DNA of 20,912 nucleotides from Candidatus Methylomirabilis sp. (GTDB lineage Bacteria > Methylomirabilota > Methylomirabilia > Methylomirabilales > Methylomirabilaceae): NCBI GenBank assembly GCA_041498975.1, contig JBGQJI010000034.1:1-20912 (forward strand). The letters run 5' to 3'. The translations under genes and the position numbers were made by a program. The notes beneath the pieces are model-generated. The model saw nothing but the letters and a program-made list of their open reading frames with translations, made no database searches and had not been told where the DNA came from. Each line of letters begins with the position of its first letter. Positions within the stretch are counted from its first letter, which is position 1. Positions 15,496 through 20,912 of this stretch are shown in pieces.

Positions 15496-15651
15496 GTCCA
15501 CGGTTGACCGCTGACGGTTCACGAATGAAGGAATACAACAGGTTCGTCTGTGAACTATGAACCGTGAACTATAGGCCGAGTGCCGTTCACAGTTCACTGT
15601 TCACGGTTCACAGTCAAACAGGGAGAAGGTTCGGTCCGTGAACTGTGAACC
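15496..15651. repeat. Alternating direct and inverted heptamer arrays (GTTCACN / NGTGAAC)
   Basis: Forward units at 15496-15523 (4, degenerate) and 15585-15612 (GTTCACA GTTCACT GTTCACG GTTCACA). Reverse units at 15549-15569 (TGTGAAC TATGAAC CGTGAAC) and 15637-15650. Confidence 0.9.
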
Positions 15652-15672
15652 AAGTGAGGGGCATTTTTGCGA

Positions 15673-15701
15673 TTGACTTAGTCCGGCTCCTCGGCTAGAC
15701 T
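15673..15701 (+). promoter_or_regulatory. Sigma70 promoter of the oxidase operon
   Basis: TTGACT (15673-15678), 17 nt, TAGACT (15696-15701). Confidence 0.6.
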
Positions 15702-15879
15702 CCTGCGGGTTCCGAACGGGAGCAGGCGCAATCGGCGACCCAAGGTCCTGTGTGCTTGTCCGCCTTTGCCCCCCCAGTTTCTTTCAGGCGCCGGCGACCG
15801 CTTAATAGAAAAGGCGGACGTTCCATCGCATGTTTTCAGGCAACGTAAACTCGGGACACCTTTGAGAGGCTAGATCCTC

Positions 15880-16539
15880 ATGATGAGTTGGCTTCCGGAG
15901 AACGTATCGACCTACGGGAAAGATATCGACCGCCTCTTCTACCTTATCTACTACATCACCGGCGCAACGTTCCTCTTGGTCGCAGTAACCATGGTGGCCT
16001 TCCTCATCCTTTACCGTCACCGGGAGGGCCGGCGCGCCAGATACACGCACGGGAACACCACGCTTGAAATCATCTGGACCATCGTGCCAGCCGTCATCCT
16101 GGTCGTGCTGTCGTTCATGAGCCAGGCGACGTGGGGGAACATCAAAGGCCATATGCCGCCTGCCGATGTCCACGTCCAGGTGACGGCGAAGCAATTCAAC
16201 TGGGAGGTGACGTATCCCGGCCCGGACGGAAAACTCGGAACCGAGGATGACCTGCAAATGGACAACGAGGTTCATGTGCCGGTCAACAAGGTCATCCTTG
16301 TCCACCTCAAATCAAAGGACGTGATCCATAGCTTCTTCCTGCCGAATTTCCGGCTGAAACAGGATGCCGTCCCTGGGCGTGAGATCCAGGCCTGGTTTCA
16401 GGCGACCAAGCCCGGCCGATACGAACTCCCCTGTGCCGAGCTGTGCGGGTTTGGCCACTCCGGGATGCGAGGCTGGGTGTACGTACACCCCGCTGATGAG
16501 TACGACAAATGGGTGAAGGAGCACTGGCCCTCGGCCTGA
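15880..16539 (+). CDS. coxB: Cytochrome c oxidase subunit II (CuA)
   Basis: Two TM helices, LEIIWTIVP, AKQFNW, DVIHSF, CAELCGFGHSGM CuA motif. No signal peptide and no fused cytochrome c. Confidence 0.96.
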   Translation: MMSWLPENVSTYGKDIDRLFYLIYYITGATFLLVAVTMVAFLILYRHREGRRARYTHGNTTLEIIWTIVPAVILVVLSFMSQATWGNIKGHMPPADVHVQVTAKQFNWEVTYPGPDGKLGTEDDLQMDNEVHVPVNKVILVHLKSKDVIHSFFLPNFRLKQDAVPGREIQAWFQATKPGRYELPCAELCGFGHSGMRGWVYVHPADEYDKWVKEHWPSA

Positions 16540-16632
16540 ACTTGGCCACCTCCCCGAAGAGACCCGGGAGTTGGCCGACCGAGGTGTCTTCCCCGGTGCT
16601 GCAGAGTACCTATAAGGAAAGGGCAACTACTG

Positions 16633-18396
16633 ATGAGTGACGGCATGTCCGTAGCAGCGACAGCGACGCATGTGGAACATGTGGGGCACGAGAAGCTGGG
16701 CTTCGTGCGCACCTATGTCTTCTCTACCGACCACAAGATGATCGCCAGGCAGTTCCTCTTTTTTGGCCTGTTCATGATGATCTTGGGCGGACTGATGGCG
16801 CTCATGATCCGCTGGGAACTGGCCTGGCCGGAGACGCAAGTCCCTGGCACCCGTTGGATTCCGGAGCCGTTCATGACGGACGGGTATATGAACCCGTCAT
16901 TCTACAATCAGCTCTTCACCATGCACGCCACGATCATGGTGTTCTTCGTGGTCATGCCGATCCTGGTGGGCTGTTTCGGCAACTTCCTGATCCCCCTCAT
17001 GATCGGCACGAGAGATATGGCCTTTCCCGTCCTCAACATGCTCTCGTTCTGGGTTGGCGCCGTATCCGGCGTGGTCATGCTCGCCGGCTTCTTTGTGCCC
17101 GGCGGTCACGCGGCCGGAGGCTGGACCTCGTACGCCCCGCTCACCGCCGTCACCCAGTATACCGGTGTGAATTGGGGCCAGAACCTCTGGTGCATCAGCC
17201 TGATCATCCTTGGCATCTCGTCGCTGATGGGATCGATCAATTACATCACGACGATCGTCAATATGCGTGCGCCAGGAATGACGTTCTTCCGCATGCCGCT
17301 TGTCATCTGGTCCCTCTTCATCGTAGCCATCCTTCTCTTGCTGGCGCTGCCGGTCCTGACGTCGGCGCTGGCGATGCTATTGCTGGACCGCATGGCCGGG
17401 ACGAGCTTCTTCCTGCCAGCCGGCGGTGGCGAGCCGCTGCTCTGGCAGCACCTCTTTTGGTTCTTCGGCCATCCTGAGGTCTATATCTTGATCCTCCCGG
17501 CGATGGGGATCGGCTCGGACATCCTGGCTGTCTTTGCCCGCAAGCCAATCTTCGGCTATCGTGCCATGGCCTTCTCGATGATCGGAATCGCCTTCCTCAG
17601 TTGGATTGTCTGGGGTCACCACATGTTTCAGAGCGGGATGAACCCGGCACTTGGCACCGGCTTTATGATCTCCACGATGGTGATCGCGGTGCCATCAGCC
17701 ATCAAGACATTCAACTGGCTCGGGACCTTGTGGGGCGGCTCGATCCGGTACACGACGCCGATGCTGAACGCGCTGGCCTTCGTCTCGATGTTCGTCATCG
17801 GGGGTTTGAGTGGCATCTACATGGCCTCGACCCCGGTGGACATCTTCATCCACGATACGTATTACATCGTCGCCCATATCCATTATGTCGTCTTCGGCGG
17901 CAGCGTCTTCGGGATCTTCGCGGCCATTTACTACTGGTTCCCGAAGATGTTTGGCCGGATGATGAACGAGACGCTCGGAAAGATCCACTTTTGGCCGACG
18001 TTCATCGCCTTTAACTGTACGTTCTTCCCGATGCATATTCTCGGGATCGGTGGACACATGCGGCGCATCTACAACCCGATGCAGTATGAGTTCCTGAAGC
18101 CGCTGCAGCCGGTCAACGTCTTCATCACGGTGAGCGCGCTCGCGCTTGGCCTCGCCCAGATCCCCTTTGTGATCAATGTCTTCTGGAGCCTGTTCGCCGG
18201 GAAAAAGGCCGAGCGGAATCCGTGGAAGGCGAATACCCTGGAGTGGGTCGCGCCGTCGCCGCCACCCCATGGCAACTTCGAGGCGATCCCCGTCGTCTAT
18301 CGCGGGCCTTACGAGTACAGCTCGCCCGAGGTCGCCGAAGACTACCTTCCCCAGAATCGGCCGCTCGCGTCAGCGCACGTCGCGGCAGCTCATTAG
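16633..18396 (+). CDS. coxA: Cytochrome c oxidase subunit I, A1 type
   Basis: STDHK, TMHATIM, DMAFP (D-channel Asp), WFFGHPEVY, WGHHMF, PSAIKTF (K-channel Lys), HDTYYIVAHIHY, MRR. Confidence 0.97.
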   Translation: MSDGMSVAATATHVEHVGHEKLGFVRTYVFSTDHKMIARQFLFFGLFMMILGGLMALMIRWELAWPETQVPGTRWIPEPFMTDGYMNPSFYNQLFTMHATIMVFFVVMPILVGCFGNFLIPLMIGTRDMAFPVLNMLSFWVGAVSGVVMLAGFFVPGGHAAGGWTSYAPLTAVTQYTGVNWGQNLWCISLIILGISSLMGSINYITTIVNMRAPGMTFFRMPLVIWSLFIVAILLLLALPVLTSALAMLLLDRMAGTSFFLPAGGGEPLLWQHLFWFFGHPEVYILILPAMGIGSDILAVFARKPIFGYRAMAFSMIGIAFLSWIVWGHHMFQSGMNPALGTGFMISTMVIAVPSAIKTFNWLGTLWGGSIRYTTPMLNALAFVSMFVIGGLSGIYMASTPVDIFIHDTYYIVAHIHYVVFGGSVFGIFAAIYYWFPKMFGRMMNETLGKIHFWPTFIAFNCTFFPMHILGIGGHMRRIYNPMQYEFLKPLQPVNVFITVSALALGLAQIPFVINVFWSLFAGKKAERNPWKANTLEWVAPSPPPHGNFEAIPVVYRGPYEYSSPEVAEDYLPQNRPLASAHVAAAH

Positions 18397-18410
18397 GAAC
18401 AGGGAGCGAG

Positions 18411-19376
18411 ATGTCGGATCGGGTTGTCGCCTCGAGCGTCGACCGTGGGAGTGACAACGCGTGGGTGTGTCGGCTTGCCCTCCTGACCTGCGCTTCGACG
18501 GTCGTGTTGATCTTTGTGGGCGGTCTCGTCACCAACACCGGGTCGGCCCTGGCAGTGCCCGACTGGCCAAGCACATTCGGGTACAACATGTTCCTCTACC
18601 CGTGGTCGAGGATGGTCGGCGGTATCTTCTACGAGCACAGTCATCGGCTGATCGGGTCTGTCGTCGGTCTGTTGACCCTGACGTTGGCCCTCTTGCTTTG
18701 GTTCAAGGAGCGCAGGAAATCGGTTCGGCGGCTGGGAGCTGTTGCCGTCGCAGCGGTGATCGTCCAGGGCGTCCTGGGGGGCCTTCGAGTGGTGCTTCCT
18801 TCCGCCGGAGGTGGACTCGCAGTCATCCATGGATGCCTCGCACAGGCATTTCTTGCGCTGACCGTGACCCTGGCGCTCCTCACCTCCTCCGAGTGGAACC
18901 AGGAGCCACAGAAGATCATGGCCGCTGATTCCGGAGCGCTGAAGCGTCTCTGCCTCCTGACCACCGTGTTTGTGTACATGCAGATCGTCTTCGGGGCGAT
19001 GCTGACGCATATGGGGGGTCTGCTGAACGCTCATCTGTTGTTTGCTGCCCTTGTCGCCATCCATGTGTTCCTGCTTGCACGGCGCATCATGAAACATCAT
19101 CCGGATCAGCGAGGGCTCATGCGGCCCTCGACCATCCTACTCGGCCTGCTGGTTGTCCAGCTCGTGCTGGGCATCGGCTCCTATGCGGCTCGGTTCACTT
19201 CACTCATGGCGCCCTACGCTCCGGTCCTTGGATTGGCGCTCCCAACCACCCATAGGCTCACGGGAGCGTTGATGCTTGCGGCCTGTACGGTGCTGACCCT
19301 GCGGGCCTATCGGCTGCTTGTGCCGCAAGAGGGTATGACCAGCCGGGGTTTCATCGTCGAGCAGGTGCGTGCATGA
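18411..19376 (+). CDS. ctaA: Heme A synthase (COX15/CtaA family)
   Basis: ATG 18411 after GGGAG. GGLVTNTGSALAVPDWP, YEHSHRLIG, QGVLGGLRV, and His in IHG, AHL, THR. About 8 TM helices. Confidence 0.88.
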   Translation: MSDRVVASSVDRGSDNAWVCRLALLTCASTVVLIFVGGLVTNTGSALAVPDWPSTFGYNMFLYPWSRMVGGIFYEHSHRLIGSVVGLLTLTLALLLWFKERRKSVRRLGAVAVAAVIVQGVLGGLRVVLPSAGGGLAVIHGCLAQAFLALTVTLALLTSSEWNQEPQKIMAADSGALKRLCLLTTVFVYMQIVFGAMLTHMGGLLNAHLLFAALVAIHVFLLARRIMKHHPDQRGLMRPSTILLGLLVVQLVLGIGSYAARFTSLMAPYAPVLGLALPTTHRLTGALMLAACTVLTLRAYRLLVPQEGMTSRGFIVEQVRA

Positions 19377-20278
19377 TTCCCAGGACTGAAGCGCTGGACA
19401 TCGGGCTGACGCTTGCGCGCAGGCGGGTGGCGGATTTTGCGGCGCTGACGAAGCCACGGGTGGTCCTCATGGTCCTGGTCACCACGTTCGTCGGCTTTTA
19501 TCTTGGCTCCCCGCCCATGCCGAACTACACGGCGCTGTTGCAGACGCTTATCGGGACGGCGCTCGCGGCCGGAGGAACCCTCGCGCTGAACCAGTTCCTC
19601 GAGCGCGAGGTGGACGCACAGATGGAGCGCACGCGACTCCGGCCGTTGCCAGACGGACGGCTTCAGCCAACCGAGGCGTTGGCATTCGGCGCAGGGATCA
19701 CGGCCACGGGTCTGCTGTACCTCTCCATCTCGGTCAACTCGCTGAGCGGTCTGGTGGCGGCGATCATTGTGGGCAGCTACCTCTTTCTGTACACGCCGCT
19801 CAAACGGAAGACCCCACTCTGCAGTGTTGTGGGAGCGATTCCTGGCGCGCTGCCACCAGTGATCGGCTGGGCCGCAGCCAGGGGCGCGCTTGGGCTCGAA
19901 GCCTGGGTTCTCTTTTCAATCCTGTTTCTCTGGCAGCTTCCACATACCCTGGCGATCGCCAGGCTGTATCGCGACGACTATGCCCGCGCGGGGATCCGGG
20001 TCCTCCCTGTGATCGATCCGGACGGGAGAATCACCGGGCGTCAGATCGTCAGCAATTGCTTGGCCTTGCTCGTCGTAGGCTTGTTGCCGACCCTCATCGG
20101 GTTTGCGGGCTCAGTGTATTTTCTTGGCGCGTTAGGGCTTGGCGCCGGCCTGCTCGGTTGCGGAGTTGCGCTTGCCTTGTCGCGATCGATTGCGGATGCG
20201 CGGCGGCTCGTCTTCGCGTCGATCGTGTACCTGCCGGCGCTGCTGGTGCTCATGGCCCTGGACAAGGTTCCATTCTAG
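19373..20278 (+). CDS. ctaB: Protoheme IX farnesyltransferase (heme O synthase)
   Basis: LTKPRV, NQFLEREVDAQMERTRLRPLP, YTPLKR, GAIPGALPP, WQLPH, DDYARAG. ATGA overlap with ctaA. Confidence 0.96.
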   Translation: MIPRTEALDIGLTLARRRVADFAALTKPRVVLMVLVTTFVGFYLGSPPMPNYTALLQTLIGTALAAGGTLALNQFLEREVDAQMERTRLRPLPDGRLQPTEALAFGAGITATGLLYLSISVNSLSGLVAAIIVGSYLFLYTPLKRKTPLCSVVGAIPGALPPVIGWAAARGALGLEAWVLFSILFLWQLPHTLAIARLYRDDYARAGIRVLPVIDPDGRITGRQIVSNCLALLVVGLLPTLIGFAGSVYFLGALGLGAGLLGCGVALALSRSIADARRLVFASIVYLPALLVLMALDKVPF

Positions 20279-20363
20279 TGCCGTTCCGAATTGATGCGTC
20301 GAATGTGAGCAGCGTTCTATATGGCAATGGTCGCGACCGCGCGGAACGGCGACGTCGCCATAC

Positions 20364-20513
20364 ATGGTTGGAACGGCACTAACGATGTTGTGGGTCGTGC
20401 CCTCCCTGGACATACGGCAGCGAAATCGGCGCGAGGGGATCATCCTGGCCGGGGTGTTTCTCGCGCTCTTGGTAGGGTCGGTCATCTTCATCGTGATACG
20501 GCATCGAGGTTAG
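20364..20513 (+). CDS. Small single-TM protein (38-49 aa), CoxF-like position and pattern
   Basis: Below the track's length cut-off. (MVGTALTMLWV)VPSLDIRQRNRREGIILAGVFLALLVGSVIFIVIRHRG then TAG at 20511. Possible starts 20364, 20385 or 20397. Fills the gap between ctaB and subunit III. Confidence 0.6.
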   Translation: MVGTALTMLWVVPSLDIRQRNRREGIILAGVFLALLVGSVIFIVIRHRG

Positions 20514-20555
20514 GGGAGCGGACGCGCATCCCCCCGCACTCTGAGGGACCATGGG

Positions 20556-20912
20556 ATGCCGCGTGGAGACGTGATGACCTCCGTGGTCGACACGATAGTC
20601 GATGAAGCCAGGCCGGTCTCCCCGAACCATGGGGCGGGGTCGCCGCTTCCCCCGGGACCACCCTTTGGTGAGGATCCCTTGCCGTCGTCTCCTGGGCCCA
20701 GGCCAGCGCCGCCGGTCAGTAACGCTCGACTGGGGATGCTGGTATTCTTAGGATTCGAGGCGATGTTATTCGCCGGATTGATCGGAGCGTTTCTTGTGTT
20801 TCGTATGGGAAGCGCGTTCTGGCCCCCGATGGGCCGCCCTCGCCTGCCAATCGCGGTGACGCTGGTGAACACCGGTGTTTTGCTCTCAAGTGGCTACACG
20901 ATGTGGTCTGCC
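20556..20912 (+). CDS. coxC: Cytochrome c oxidase subunit III, N-terminal part; runs off the window edge
   Basis: Open frame from ATG 20556 (or 20574). Pro-rich leader then SNARLGMLVFLGFEAMLFAGLIGAF...WPP...VNTGVLLSSGYTM. Confidence 0.92.
   Translation, partial: MPRGDVMTSVVDTIVDEARPVSPNHGAGSPLPPGPPFGEDPLPSSPGPRPAPPVSNARLGMLVFLGFEAMLFAGLIGAFLVFRMGSAFWPPMGRPRLPIAVTLVNTGVLLSSGYTMWSA

Noticed and set aside
15496..15651. CRISPR array or Rex operators
   Set aside because: Units are 7 bp with no unique spacers and no cas genes. TGTGAAC and GTTCACA resemble Rex half-sites but never occur with the required 2-nt spacing.

Overview
GC-rich bacterial chromosomal window with three functional blocks and no mobile elements, RNA genes or CRISPR. 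The protein style suggests Methylomirabilota (NC10/Rokubacteria-like); this is an inference only. (1) 1-6030, minus strand: an ammonium-uptake island. One operon under a sigma54-type promoter encodes a tiny winged-helix protein, an outer-membrane beta-barrel porin, two small membrane proteins and an Amt transporter cut by the window edge. A second sigma54-type promoter drives amtB, followed by a NifA-like GAF-HTH protein that lacks the AAA+ domain, then a TlpA-type thioredoxin. No P-II (glnK/glnB) gene lies in the window. (2) 6226-9425, plus strand: peroxide defence (PerR/Fur-family regulator with a Fur/Per box, short rubrerythrin, Fe-S oxidoreductase, DUF3501-like protein). (3) 9555-20912, plus strand: a respiratory supercluster with a Rieske protein, split b6-like cytochrome b and subunit IV, a membrane-anchored octaheme cytochrome c, and a putative cupredoxin. 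After a heptamer-repeat intergenic region comes an A1-type heme-copper oxidase operon (subunits II and I, ctaA, ctaB, a small unannotated membrane protein, subunit III cut by the edge). The best candidates for undescribed biology are the AAA-less NifA-like regulator with its Amt/porin/small-protein module, and the Rieske/cytb-octaheme-cupredoxin-oxidase chain. All family calls come from motif recognition, not database searches.
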